Shown: one piece after another, positions 35,831 to 46,149 of the stretch
Layout: the number at the start of each line of letters is the position of its first letter
Numbering within the stretch: position 1 is the stretch's first letter
Virus record (IMG/VR): IMGVR_UViG_3300028676_000003
Location: 62,001-126,000 of that record
DNA length: 64,000 bases
Reading direction: 5' to 3' (one strand)
Notes under the pieces: generated by a model
Told to the model about the DNA's origin: nothing
The model's database searches: none
The model's input: only the letters and a program-made list of their open reading frames with translations
Made by a program: the position numbers and the translations under genes

Positions 35831-36817
35831 TTAGTTTATTCGTACATTTGCGCTTAACATTGATTTTTCTAAATCATCAGCTTTTGCTTTAAAAATAGCT
35901 AGAGCTTGTTTATTCCCTGAAGCAGTTAAATCGGTCGCTGGGTTACCGTTTCCATTATGTACGTGAGCGAAAAGAGCCTCTTTCAAAAGTATAAGATATT
36001 GAATAAGAACATCACCAAATGGTACTTGATGTGCTGACTCTAAGATAATAGCCATTTCCTCATCAGAGATAAGTTCATCTTGTCCTGTAAGGTTGAATCT
36101 TGGGCTACCACCGCTATGTGTAAGTAAGTTGATTTTATTTGCTACAATATTTGTAATAGTTCCTTTTTGAGCAACAGAATTTTGTTGAGTAGGTTTCTCT
36201 ACTACAGCATCGTTTTTGATTTGAATGTAGGCTTGTGTTTTTGTATTAAACTGAATTCCATATGGGTTTTGAGCCGTTGTAGGTATTGTTTCAAACTTTC
36301 CAGCTCTAAGTATTATCTCATTGGCTTTTTGTGTAATATCAGTATTGTATCTACCTTGAACACTGATATCTTCAGATTCAGGAAAAACACCTCTTAATTG
36401 TGGTAGTGTATTGATATTTACGCTTGGTGTTGTTGCACCAAAAGTAAACCCACGAAATGCTGTAAACTTGGCATTATCGAAGTTTAATTTATCAGGTTGT
36501 GAAATAACTGGCCCAATATAAATTCTATCTGCATGTTGTCTGTTTTTATCGAATACGAATATCCAAACAGCTTCACCAACCTTTGGAACACTTGAAAAGT
36601 GCTTAGGTATCATAGGGAAGGCATAAGGTAAATTACCATTAAGAATACCATCATCACCACCCGCAGATTGTGACCCTTTAATTCTAACTTGGATTCTACC
36701 TAAATTAAATTCGTCAGTATTAGAAACAACCTCACCGTATTTTAGATATTGGAAACTACTTACGTTCTCATATGCTCCCGAACCTGTTCTATTTAATTTA
36801 TTGGTACCTTCTGCCAT
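35831..36817 (-). CDS. Baseplate central spike (gp5/gpV-like OB-fold)
   Basis: GEVV...D...LGRIQVRI, VPKVGEAVWI; C-terminal HVH metal-binding apex motif. Confidence 0.8.
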   Translation of the reverse strand: MAEGTNKLNRTGSGAYENVSSFQYLKYGEVVSNTDEFNLGRIQVRIKGSQSAGGDDGILNGNLPYAFPMIPKHFSSVPKVGEAVWIFVFDKNRQHADRIYIGPVISQPDKLNFDNAKFTAFRGFTFGATTPSVNINTLPQLRGVFPESEDISVQGRYNTDITQKANEIILRAGKFETIPTTAQNPYGIQFNTKTQAYIQIKNDAVVEKPTQQNSVAQKGTITNIVANKINLLTHSGGSPRFNLTGQDELISDEEMAIILESAHQVPFGDVLIQYLILLKEALFAHVHNGNGNPATDLTASGNKQALAIFKAKADDLEKSMLSANVRIN

Positions 36818-36996
36818 TATTTATCTCCTTTTAACCTTTTTAATATAATTTTATTTGCTTCATCGAAACGTTTCTCGATTTCCACCATTTTATCGTAATC
36901 CTTAAGCATTCTTAATTTGATTGCTTCATGGTCCGCTTCCATTTGTTTTATTTCAAATAGAATTTCGTTGTTTGATTTATCCTCTAGTTTATCCAT
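36817..36996 (-). CDS. 59-aa coiled-coil protein (absent from ORF track)
   Basis: MDKLEDKSNNEILFEIKQMEADHE...; TAATG overlaps at both ends. Confidence 0.75.
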   Translation of the reverse strand: MDKLEDKSNNEILFEIKQMEADHEAIKLRMLKDYDKMVEIEKRFDEANKIILKRLKGDK

Positions 36997-37448
36997 TATC
37001 TGATTATACCGTCTCCTACGGCCATTGTTGTTGTTACACCTTGTGAAACCACTGGAATACCTAAGTTTCCAATTCCAACTGTCATAACAGAAATCCCAGG
37101 TGGTATAACCACATTAACTACTGATTCTGTTAGTATTGTGTTGATTATTTCTTCGATTCTAATAAGCTCCATTGCTTCTTCATTGTTAGGTCCATCGGCA
37201 AATACATCACCAACTTGTCTTCCAGCTTCAGATTGTCTCGCTATGATTCGAGAGGCTACAGCTTGTGCTGAGACTCCTGGTCTTAGTTTGGCACCAACCA
37301 TAATAAGAGGTGGTGGGAGTGCCGCTACTGGTTCATCGGGTATTGAAAATGCTGATAAAATCAGATTTAAAACTCCACTAATTGAACCTAGATTAAAAGA
37401 TGAATTATTCTTTACGTCTTCTAACTTTTCTTGATTAAATGTACTCAT
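36996..37448 (-). CDS. Hypothetical baseplate-region protein
   Basis: Coupled in late operon. Confidence 0.7.
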   Translation of the reverse strand: MSTFNQEKLEDVKNNSSFNLGSISGVLNLILSAFSIPDEPVAALPPPLIMVGAKLRPGVSAQAVASRIIARQSEAGRQVGDVFADGPNNEEAMELIRIEEIINTILTESVVNVVIPPGISVMTVGIGNLGIPVVSQGVTTTMAVGDGIIR

Positions 37449-38863
37449 TATGCTAATCCTTTTATAATTCTAATTGCCTCTTGTGGTACACCACTTAAGC
37501 TTAACAGCTGAGAGATTTTATTTTTATTCTTATCTATTTGTTTTTTGACTTGGGCCTGTGCAACCAATTCTGCAATTCTTTTAAGTGCTATAACTACAAG
37601 CATTTCAACGATTGTTTTAGTAACTTCTTTAATAAGCTGTCTAAATAATTGTTTGTTTTTTTGTATGAAATCAACACCATCTGCAAATATGGCACCTGAA
37701 CCGTAGATTATCTTGAAATTAATCAAGAATGTCATAACAACCTTTGGTGATAATATAACACCAACAATTGATTTAATCAAGGTTTCAATTATATTTTGAA
37801 TAAAATTTAACTTTATTGTTTGGTTATCCGCTACGTTCGTTGATTTGTTTGCTGATTCACTAGCCATAACTTCCAAGTTAGTTGAAAGTACGTTCTTTTG
37901 TTCTTCTACTGTAACAGCATTACCCATTTGAGTATTGAACTCAATAAGTGAGTTTTGTGATACACTAGAATCGATTTCTGTTGAAGCTTTAACCTTGATG
38001 ATTCCTTGTTTGCGTAAATCAACTTGGTTTTCTATCTTTGAAAGTTCAGTACTATCAAATGTAAAGTAAGTATCGCTAACTGTTTCACCAGCATCTGATT
38101 GTACCATCTTATCAACAACTGCGTTTATCTTTCCTTCAGCTTCCAATTGTTTTCTAGTTTTATTAAGATTGATTGAAATACTACCGAAGATAGTGTTAAT
38201 AATACTTGTAACAAGATTGCTAGTATTGAATAGTTGAATACTATCAATATAGTCATTGTTTAGGTCGTTAAGAGTTTTTGAATTGTAAGCTGGATTTGAC
38301 CTAATTATAAGTGAATTGTTTGGATTAACACCATTTGGGTCAAGCGAAACAAACGTTACATCTAGAATTCCTTTCCATGTGTTGGTAATTCCGTCTTGTT
38401 GGATTACTCCGTATAAGAAGGTATTGAAATCTGTTGAATCTGTTAGGTTATTTGTTACATCATTGTATAATAGCTTCCCTGAAGCAGACTTTGGGTCTAC
38501 TTTCAATAAATCCAAAAAATCAATCTTTTTTAATTCGATTACAATTCCAGTTGTTTTGATAAAACTTGGTAGGCTTGGATTAACACCACAACTAACAATT
38601 CCTTTAAGTTCACGTTTCATTGCTTTTTTTACTTTAATCTCTATGTCTCCAAGTGAATGTGTTAGCATATCCACTAGACTTTTAACCAAAGCATCATACC
38701 CTATTAAAGATTTAATAAGGTCAGTTAAGAATGTGATGCTATCACCGTTATTGTTGATTGATGGGAATGATGAACTAAGTTTAAGTTGTGGCATCGATTC
38801 TGTAAGAGTCTTTGCGGCCGCAATATTACCAAAAACCTTTCTTTTTTTATCTAATATTGACAT
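37448..38863 (-). CDS. Hypothetical virion-region protein
   Basis: 471-aa ORF in late operon. Confidence 0.7.
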   Translation of the reverse strand: MSILDKKRKVFGNIAAAKTLTESMPQLKLSSSFPSINNNGDSITFLTDLIKSLIGYDALVKSLVDMLTHSLGDIEIKVKKAMKRELKGIVSCGVNPSLPSFIKTTGIVIELKKIDFLDLLKVDPKSASGKLLYNDVTNNLTDSTDFNTFLYGVIQQDGITNTWKGILDVTFVSLDPNGVNPNNSLIIRSNPAYNSKTLNDLNNDYIDSIQLFNTSNLVTSIINTIFGSISINLNKTRKQLEAEGKINAVVDKMVQSDAGETVSDTYFTFDSTELSKIENQVDLRKQGIIKVKASTEIDSSVSQNSLIEFNTQMGNAVTVEEQKNVLSTNLEVMASESANKSTNVADNQTIKLNFIQNIIETLIKSIVGVILSPKVVMTFLINFKIIYGSGAIFADGVDFIQKNKQLFRQLIKEVTKTIVEMLVVIALKRIAELVAQAQVKKQIDKNKNKISQLLSLSGVPQEAIRIIKGLA

Positions 38864-38865
38864 GT

Positions 38866-39243
38866 TTATTCTTCGTTCTCTTGTCCTTTATTTTTGAACA
38901 TTTCTCTAATTGTTCTGAAGTCACTAAGTGATGCTGTACCACTGCTTCTTTCGGAAACAGCCGCTTCTTCGTTACCACGATTCTTGATAATATCGCTTTG
39001 TAATTTTGCTAGTTCTAACTTAATACGAATAGCTGAATCTTTAATTTTCAAAAGACCACCTTTTTCTTTGGCAACCTTTGTTAATTCATCTACTGTTTCA
39101 GAAATAGCACTTACTGATAATTCGTTAATTGTACGTTGTGCATCAGTTATTTGTAAACAAGCATCATTATAGGTTTCTTGCATAAGTCCTTCTAATGATT
39201 CATTGTTATTTACTTTTACTACTTGTTTTGTTTTTCTTGGCAT
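38866..39243 (-). CDS. Helical hypothetical protein
   Basis: First gene after late motif 39273-39280. Confidence 0.7.
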   Translation of the reverse strand: MPRKTKQVVKVNNNESLEGLMQETYNDACLQITDAQRTINELSVSAISETVDELTKVAKEKGGLLKIKDSAIRIKLELAKLQSDIIKNRGNEEAAVSERSSGTASLSDFRTIREMFKNKGQENEE

Positions 39244-39272
39244 GATTTTATTAATAGTTTACGTTATTTAAC

Positions 39273-39280
39273 TATAAATA
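39273..39280 (-). promoter_or_regulatory. Putative late promoter (spike operon)
   Basis: TATTTATA on minus strand, 29 nt before ATG. Confidence 0.65.
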
Positions 39281-39307
39281 TCTGTAAATCTGTTTTAAAA
39301 CCAATTT

Positions 39308-40036
39308 CTACAAACCACGTAGCTTTAAGAGCTCATACATCTCTTTGAAACGTTTCATAGCTAACCTAATATCTTTTGTAGATAGATTGGTATAGTTTCT
39401 CATGGTTTCTAATACAGAATTTTTATTGTATTTTGAACCACCTTCCATTGATTCAAATGCGGTTTCCCAATTCTCAAGAATTTCAATTAGGGCATAGCCG
39501 ACTTTTCTTTCATTGTCATTTAGTTTTTTCTTTGGTGGTTGGTCTTCATCGTTTAATTCATCCTTGATTCCACTAGAAAGTTTTTTGATGAAATCATCCA
39601 TCATAAATCCGTCATTATCGATTACGTAAGTTAAGTCTTCACGTTCTTCGATACTACTAGACATATCTTCATACGAAGCATTTTGCTTCATATATTTTTC
39701 ATCTTTGATAAGCAAACCCAAGATATAGTGTTTTGCTATTGTTCCAAAATATGAATAGGCTTTTTTTCCTCTCCCTGCTTCAAATTTATGCACTTTGGTC
39801 ATTAGAAACGAAAGGGTGTCTCCGTGTAATTCTTCAAACGTTTCACCCTTTCTATATAATTTATATCTTCTAATGATTGATTCAATCATTTTATCTAACG
39901 GGGCCTTTAGCCACTCGTTGAATATTTGGTTTCTTTCTGCTTCGTCTTCTGATTCTAGAAAATTGATTACTGCTTCTTCTTCATTTGGACCAAAGTACAT
40001 GTCATTTGTTCTTTTACGTCCTCTTTTATTAACCAT
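39308..40036 (-). CDS. T4 gp55-like late sigma factor
   Basis: Region-2-like MIESII ... LMTKVHKFEAGRGKKAYSYFGTIAKHYIL; no recognisable region 4. Confidence 0.72.
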   Translation of the reverse strand: MVNKRGRKRTNDMYFGPNEEEAVINFLESEDEAERNQIFNEWLKAPLDKMIESIIRRYKLYRKGETFEELHGDTLSFLMTKVHKFEAGRGKKAYSYFGTIAKHYILGLLIKDEKYMKQNASYEDMSSSIEEREDLTYVIDNDGFMMDDFIKKLSSGIKDELNDEDQPPKKKLNDNERKVGYALIEILENWETAFESMEGGSKYNKNSVLETMRNYTNLSTKDIRLAMKRFKEMYELLKLRGL

Positions 40037-40834
40037 TTATCCATTCTGTACTTCATACGTTATTTTTCTATCATTTGGAAAATAGTATTCTTTTTTAGCA
40101 GTCTGTAACCACCATCTAGCCTCAATTGGGTCAAGATTTTCTTTGTAGTCAGCAAATAATGAACCAACTCTTTGATTAACGTGTTTGTAACCGAATTTAG
40201 GGATAACCATAACCTTAACATCTTTGAATGTCATTCTTAATAAGAATTCATAAATGAATGTTAATTTGATACTTGGTTTGAATCCTCCGAACTCATCTAA
40301 CACTGATTTCTTAACAACCATTCCGTCAATATTGAAGTTTTGATAAGCTAATAAAGCTGTGTTATCTAATACTCCTAATTCATCAGAAAAACTGTTTGCC
40401 CATACTGCTTCATTAGTAAATCCTAAGAAGTTTCCTTCAGGGTCAACGTCAATGATAATCGGCATGAATAAATCGATGTTTGTATGTTTTGTTTTGTATT
40501 CTACTGCGTTTTTAATCCAAATGTTTGCGAATTCGTCATCGAACTCTAAGATGCTTAACCATTCAGTTTTTACATTCGCAACACCCAAGTTAACTTGAGA
40601 GGCAAAGTCTGTTGGACCATCATTTTGAATAACTCTAACTGAGTCTTTGTAATCACCAAAGTCAAATGAATCTAAATAGCTTACTAAATCACTCCCTGCT
40701 GGAACTACAATAAGTAATTCATCAGGTCTTACGATTTGTGATTTAACACTTGCAATTGCATTAGCGAACATTGGTTTTGTAACTTCGTTCAATTCATGAA
40801 CAGGAAGTATAATTGATATTTGTGTTTTTTCCAT
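40037..40834 (-). CDS. GT2 (GT-A) glycosyltransferase
   Basis: ISIILPVH, LEFDDE DxD-type motif. Confidence 0.85.
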   Translation of the reverse strand: MEKTQISIILPVHELNEVTKPMFANAIASVKSQIVRPDELLIVVPAGSDLVSYLDSFDFGDYKDSVRVIQNDGPTDFASQVNLGVANVKTEWLSILEFDDEFANIWIKNAVEYKTKHTNIDLFMPIIIDVDPEGNFLGFTNEAVWANSFSDELGVLDNTALLAYQNFNIDGMVVKKSVLDEFGGFKPSIKLTFIYEFLLRMTFKDVKVMVIPKFGYKHVNQRVGSLFADYKENLDPIEARWWLQTAKKEYYFPNDRKITYEVQNG

Positions 40835-40845
40835 TTGTTTATTTA

Positions 40846-42006
40846 TTATTTAGCTTCTGCTTTTGATGTTTTCTCTTTTAAAGCTTCCTCTAAAGTAGAT
40901 AATGTTTTTTTAAGCTCAACTAGTCTGTTTTCAACAAGAGTTGAATACGTTACCGTCATAGCTTCAACTTGATTTTCTTCAGTGTACTGACCTTTGCTTT
41001 CAAGAGCACCTTTAACTAAATCAGTTGGAACTCCATCTTCTAACCAAAGCTTCAAGTAAGTAGCAATCAATTCAGGAATGTTTGTAGTTGTATTTGTCCA
41101 AACTCCATTATTTTTGATTGTACCAACACCATTCTCATCAACTTCTTCCATCCATTCAGGAATAAGATTAGGTAATTTACCGATTACTGGTGTATTTGCT
41201 TCCATAGCCTCTAATGGGAATGTACCGAAACCTGAAGTATCGTCAATCCATACAGCTAAACAAGCTTTACCTAATTCTTCAGCAAATTGTTGTCTTGGTA
41301 GACCTCTTAATTCTCTGAAGGTAATCCATTTGTAGATTGGGTATTGTAAGTAGAATGACTTAGCAATCTTAGCCGCATCACTTTGATTTCTTGTGTGTAT
41401 CGCAACAACTGGAATCTTAGGTTTCTCGCTATCTTTGAAATAAGATGGGATAGAAACTGGAACAATGTGTGTTGCAATTGTTGGGAACAAGCTTGTTAAG
41501 TAATCTGCTTGTTTTTGACTTGTTGTAATTACATCATTGAAACCGAAGTCAGTTGTCCATCTTTTACCAATAGGTAATAATTCAAGCAAGTAATCATAAC
41601 TTTGAGAAATTACAACCTTTTTGCAAGGGAAACCTTTTACTTGGTCCATAATGTTTGAGAAAATCTCAGGGATAACAATAAAATCAGCTGGGCTAATGTT
41701 TAATTGTTGTGCTTCAATAGAGATGTGAGGCAAGTTTGCATATTCTTCACCTAACCATTCAGCGATACCTTGACCATCTTCATTTGCTCTTAATTTGTAG
41801 TCATTTTTTTCATGTAAAATCTTAGCTGAATATCCTAATTCATTAAGAATTTTTACGTGTTCGTAAATGTTAGCAATACCAGCCGTTGGGTTACCTTTGG
41901 TATCTAGAGTAAAAAAATATAGTGAGAAATCTTTATTTTTTAATTTATCGATAACTCCAGTCAATTGACCGATTTGTTCTTCGAATTGTTTTATTTGTTC
42001 TTCCAT
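40846..42006 (-). CDS. GT-B (GT4-like) glycosyltransferase
   Basis: GIANIYEHV..L, IVIPE, GFGTFPLEAM. Confidence 0.8.
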   Translation of the reverse strand: MEEQIKQFEEQIGQLTGVIDKLKNKDFSLYFFTLDTKGNPTAGIANIYEHVKILNELGYSAKILHEKNDYKLRANEDGQGIAEWLGEEYANLPHISIEAQQLNISPADFIVIPEIFSNIMDQVKGFPCKKVVISQSYDYLLELLPIGKRWTTDFGFNDVITTSQKQADYLTSLFPTIATHIVPVSIPSYFKDSEKPKIPVVAIHTRNQSDAAKIAKSFYLQYPIYKWITFRELRGLPRQQFAEELGKACLAVWIDDTSGFGTFPLEAMEANTPVIGKLPNLIPEWMEEVDENGVGTIKNNGVWTNTTTNIPELIATYLKLWLEDGVPTDLVKGALESKGQYTEENQVEAMTVTYSTLVENRLVELKKTLSTLEEALKEKTSKAEAK

Positions 42007-42029
42007 TTTTATGTTTATTGGATAATTAA

Positions 42030-42395
42030 TTATTCTGTTTCTATTTCTTTGATAATTCCATAAGAAATAAGGGTATTAAATGCTATTTTATAAGATAACC
42101 CTAATTTATCTAAAGCTCTGTCGGCACCTAACGTGTCATCAGTTTCTTCATCTACATCGTCCATTATTATTTCTAATAACATTCTAAGTGTATCGTACTT
42201 TCCACCATCCACTTCAAATCCTCTTTCTGTTAAGATTTCTGTCATCTCAGAGCTGACGATTTTTCCATGCTCATCTCTAAATGTTTTCACTGTTTTATGT
42301 GAAACCACATCTGTAGGTTTTGTATCACCTAATTTAATGGCTTTGCTAAAAGCCTCAAGGTCTATTGAATAAACCACTCCACCAAAATCAATCAT
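42030..42395 (-). CDS. Hypothetical protein
   Basis: 121-aa ORF in operon. Confidence 0.7.
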   Translation of the reverse strand: MIDFGGVVYSIDLEAFSKAIKLGDTKPTDVVSHKTVKTFRDEHGKIVSSEMTEILTERGFEVDGGKYDTLRMLLEIIMDDVDEETDDTLGADRALDKLGLSYKIAFNTLISYGIIKEIETE

Positions 42396-42398
42396 AAT

Positions 42399-43001
42399 TT
42401 AAATCTCTTCGTATGTCGTTATTTTTGTTGAAAGTATTCTGTTTCTAAGTTCTTCATCTTTGATGAAATCAAGAATAGAATCTATCTCATAATCAGCTAC
42501 AGAATCAGCGTTATATGACGCTTTTACCTTAACACTAATTTTACCGCTTGGCTTGTTTGCTAGGGCAATTGGATTGGCTGTGATTAGAACATCTGCATCT
42601 CCCCACTCTTCCTCATTGTGTTTAACAAATCTTAACTTGTCAATTCTACAACTTGTTTTTGATAAAAAGAAATACGTTGAAGGAATACTCTTGTCGATTT
42701 CTCTACTAACTAATTCAACTTCATGTTCTTCATCATCTTTCATATCCATGATAAAATGATTAAATTGGTTCATTAAACCATCTGACATTTGGTCGGCATG
42801 GCCGAATATTTCTAGAGGTGCTTCCAAATATATGAAAGAGTTAAGTCTGTTAATGTCATCAAACTTAAAGAACTCAATTAAATTAAAGTTTGTTACATCA
42901 CCTACTGTCAATTCTGTCGGCTCGACATACTTGTCATAAGTGTAAACTAACTGTTCAATAAAACCTCGTAAAACCTCATTAATGCTAATTGCTATTTTCA
43001 T
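42399..43001 (-). CDS. 5'(3')-deoxyribonucleotidase (HAD)-like protein with degenerate motif I
   Basis: KIAISINEVLR in place of DxDGVL; DVLITANP, YN near C-terminus. Confidence 0.6.
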   Translation of the reverse strand: MKIAISINEVLRGFIEQLVYTYDKYVEPTELTVGDVTNFNLIEFFKFDDINRLNSFIYLEAPLEIFGHADQMSDGLMNQFNHFIMDMKDDEEHEVELVSREIDKSIPSTYFFLSKTSCRIDKLRFVKHNEEEWGDADVLITANPIALANKPSGKISVKVKASYNADSVADYEIDSILDFIKDEELRNRILSTKITTYEEI

Positions 43002-43040
43002 AAACCCAATTTAAGACTGTAAGGCCCATAAGTAAAGTAA

Positions 43041-43916
43041 TTATCTAAATAAATCCGCTAATTTATCCCAAAAAGTTCTTTTTTTGATATTTTTAGGTTT
43101 AGATTCTATAATAATCACTTCTTTTTTCTTATAATCTTTGTGTTCAAATATTTGAATGAAGTATTTTGTTAGTCTATGTCTTACAACTTCATTCTCAGTA
43201 AACTCAACTACATTAACCCCTTCTTCAGGGTGTAACTTAGCCATTCTAACTAATTCAAACAAACAACTTGACTCAGGGTTTTTTAAATCGACCTGATTGC
43301 TATCACCTAATGCGATAACCTTTGTATTTTCAGCAAAACGAGTAAGAAGTGTTTTACCGTTGTTATCTGTTACGTTTTGAAACTCATCAAATAAAATGAT
43401 ACAGTTTGAAAGCGAACGTCCACGAATGCTTCCGAATACTTCCATCTTAACATATCCAGCATTGATTAGTTTTCCAGTTAATTCTTCTCCGATAAGCTTA
43501 TAGAAAGCATCTAAGAATGACATCATGATGAATTTAAGTTTATCTTTTTCATCACCTGGGAGTGTACCAAGGTCCTCATCTTTTAATTGAACAATAGACT
43601 TAACCAATTTGATTTCATGATATGTGTCAGGATTATTCTTTAAAAGAATAAGAGCTTCTGCAACACTTAAAAGAGTTTTACCAGTTCCTGCTGGCCCTGT
43701 ACAAATTGTAACATCTCCTTTTTTAATTGATTGTGTAAGCTTTTTTTGAACCTCATTTTTATGTTTCAAATCAATCTTAATTTGACTTAATAAATCTTCT
43801 TTACTAGAAACTTCTTGAGCTACTACTGCATCTGTTTTTTTAACCCTAGTAGTTCTTGTTGTTCCAGTTTTTGCTGTTGATGCCGACTTCGTTGTTGAAG
43901 ATGTTTTTCGTTGCAT
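43041..43916 (-). CDS. phoH: PhoH-family ATPase
   Basis: GPAGTGKT, SIRGRSL, ILFDEFQN, LTRF, GDSNQVD, VVRH. Confidence 0.95.
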   Translation of the reverse strand: MQRKTSSTTKSASTAKTGTTRTTRVKKTDAVVAQEVSSKEDLLSQIKIDLKHKNEVQKKLTQSIKKGDVTICTGPAGTGKTLLSVAEALILLKNNPDTYHEIKLVKSIVQLKDEDLGTLPGDEKDKLKFIMMSFLDAFYKLIGEELTGKLINAGYVKMEVFGSIRGRSLSNCIILFDEFQNVTDNNGKTLLTRFAENTKVIALGDSNQVDLKNPESSCLFELVRMAKLHPEEGVNVVEFTENEVVRHRLTKYFIQIFEHKDYKKKEVIIIESKPKNIKKRTFWDKLADLFR

Positions 43917-44565
43917 GTGTGTTGTTGTTAATTCTATTATGGTTATTGAAATAGTCTACTTTTTTGTTTTGAATATCACTATAATCAATCTTTTGTACCG
44001 TCATATTTGGGAAAAAACCATAAATATTATTTGTCTTTTGTAAATCAGCGTAATAACCATCAATCGGTTTCTCACGTTTGGTAGCCAATTCAAGAATCTT
44101 ATTAAATAAGGTATCTCTAATTACAACTCCTTCTAGAGCAAATGTATTATGAAGTCTCATAATCTTTTCATTCACTTGGTCAGGAATTCCACCGTATGTA
44201 TGATTACCACCGAAATAAATCATATCCCAATCACTTGGTACGCTATTGATGTACTCTTCTAAATTAGCGATTTCAGGCATAAAGTAAACATCATCTTCAA
44301 AAATAACTACAGAAGAATATCCTTTTTCGATTGCTTCAGTTATTATATTTATATGTGTTTCCATGATTCCTAACTCACCCTTAAGCAGATTTTCGTTGTA
44401 TGTAGTTGTTGACCAATCATATAACTTTCCATCAATTGCTTGATATCTTTCAATATCATCTAAATTATGCTTAGCAAATTCCTTTAAAGAATTTTTCCAT
44501 CTGTCAGGTCTTCTTTTTAAATTAACACAAAAAGCCTTATCAAAATATTTTGTTAATACACTCAT
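43846..44565 (-). CDS. GT25-family glycosyltransferase
   Basis: CVNLKRRPDRW, AIDG, GELG..ETH, IFEDDV, DWDMIYFG. Confidence 0.88.
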   Translation of the reverse strand: MSVLTKYFDKAFCVNLKRRPDRWKNSLKEFAKHNLDDIERYQAIDGKLYDWSTTTYNENLLKGELGIMETHINIITEAIEKGYSSVVIFEDDVYFMPEIANLEEYINSVPSDWDMIYFGGNHTYGGIPDQVNEKIMRLHNTFALEGVVIRDTLFNKILELATKREKPIDGYYADLQKTNNIYGFFPNMTVQKIDYSDIQNKKVDYFNNHNRINNNTHATKNIFNNEVGINSKNWNNKNY

Positions 44566-45494
44566 TATTTTTTCTCTTTATTCTCGTATTTAGTATCTAG
44601 TTTATCTTGTCTATATCCTTCCATGATATATTCACCGTTAGTTTTTACATCAGCAATGAACTTTACAACGTAGTGTCCATTATGTGTTACAATCTTGTCG
44701 AATACCAAATTGTTATATTCGTATAAATGATTGTTTGCCGCACCTTGGGTTTTATCAGTAACAAAACCAACCTCATCTAGTTCAAGCATTGTACCACCCA
44801 TTTGAGTGTTTTCAATTACTTTTTTAATATTTGAAATGAAGAACCTACTAGCTCTGTTGTATTCATCAGGGTATAGGCTAACATAAAATTCTAATAAGTG
44901 TTTTGTTTCATCTATCTTACGAATCTTAAGTGTTTTTGTATAGTCTTCCAAATAAAAGTTAGGAGCGTTGCTTCTTTTAATCTTGATTGGTCTTTCATTT
45001 TTATCTTGTACAAAATAATCATGTCCGCTAATCTCAGCACGTGTTACCTCACCAACATCTTCATTCACTGGTTTTTCTTCCAAATTAGAGATATCAAATG
45101 TTTCATGAACACTTTTACCAATCTCAGTATTATCTACGATTAAAACAGCTGGATATGGGTCAAAACTATCTAGATTAGGTTTTGTAATCTTTAATTTTTT
45201 ATCAGCCATTTTATAAATTGGGTTATCATTTTCATCATACCCTTCTAACTTGATGGTTTTACCTTCTGTTGCTTCCATAATCTTATACATTCTCCAACGT
45301 AAATCCATAACTTCTTGAGTTATCTCACCATTGATTAATGAATCAGATATCTTTCCTTGATTTAAACGAGTTGATTGGGTTGCATCTGTTACTAACCCTT
45401 CACCTGTTTGTGATAATGCATTCTTTTCTACGTTGCTTAACGCTACAGCCGCTACAGCCGCTTGTTTTTTAACCCATTTGGTAATTTTTCCCAT
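44565..45494 (-). CDS. Hypothetical protein
   Basis: 309-aa ORF coupled within cluster. Confidence 0.7.
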   Translation of the reverse strand: MGKITKWVKKQAAVAAVALSNVEKNALSQTGEGLVTDATQSTRLNQGKISDSLINGEITQEVMDLRWRMYKIMEATEGKTIKLEGYDENDNPIYKMADKKLKITKPNLDSFDPYPAVLIVDNTEIGKSVHETFDISNLEEKPVNEDVGEVTRAEISGHDYFVQDKNERPIKIKRSNAPNFYLEDYTKTLKIRKIDETKHLLEFYVSLYPDEYNRASRFFISNIKKVIENTQMGGTMLELDEVGFVTDKTQGAANNHLYEYNNLVFDKIVTHNGHYVVKFIADVKTNGEYIMEGYRQDKLDTKYENKEKK

Positions 45495-45495
45495 T

Positions 45496-46149
45496 TTAGT
45501 TGTGTTTTAAATAACTGCAATTCAAAAGATTGAAGTTATATGTATTGTAATTTGTTTTATGTTTTGTTAGAAGATATGGTAGACTCAATTGGTCTTGTAT
45601 TGAATACATTGCATTGTGGTAAAACCAATCTTTCATTAGATTATTATCTTTATCCTTGATTAATTCTTTTGAATACATAAAGCATCCGCAAGCAAATAAC
45701 TTATCATCTACGAATTCTTCATCCTGAGTGTATTTAAGCACTTGTTTATCCATATCCTCTCCTTGGTATCGACTAATCAAATAATTATCACCACGGGCCA
45801 TAAGATTGTTCATGAAGTCTAATTCTGATTGTATTGTATTTCTATAAGGATGATTGAATAAACATAAGTCATATCCTTCTATTCCTTTTAGTAGCTGTTC
45901 AATTATTCCATCATTTAGTGTAAACTTTGAATCGGCCCAAATATAATAATCATAATCTTCATCTAATTCCCATTCAAGCATCTTAGGAATCTTACCTTTG
46001 AGTCTTGAATGTAGACTAAGTGCTCTAGATGGTGTATTTGAATCATTATAAAGAACCACATCAACATTGTACTTAGCCAATTCTTCATGGTTATTAATTA
46101 TAAGTTGTGAATGTCCACCGAAAGCACCTGATATAAGTTTTATTTTCAT
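45496..46149 (-). CDS. DUF616/TOD1-MUCI70-like glycosyltransferase
   Basis: YYIWADS, FNHPYR..I..E, QDQLSLPY. Confidence 0.7.
   Translation of the reverse strand: MKIKLISGAFGGHSQLIINNHEELAKYNVDVVLYNDSNTPSRALSLHSRLKGKIPKMLEWELDEDYDYYIWADSKFTLNDGIIEQLLKGIEGYDLCLFNHPYRNTIQSELDFMNNLMARGDNYLISRYQGEDMDKQVLKYTQDEEFVDDKLFACGCFMYSKELIKDKDNNLMKDWFYHNAMYSIQDQLSLPYLLTKHKTNYNTYNFNLLNCSYLKHN

Noticed and set aside
43846-43916. 71-nt overlap of the GT25 3' end with the phoH start
   Set aside because: The Asn-rich GT25 tail looks like read-through after loss of a stop; no sign of function
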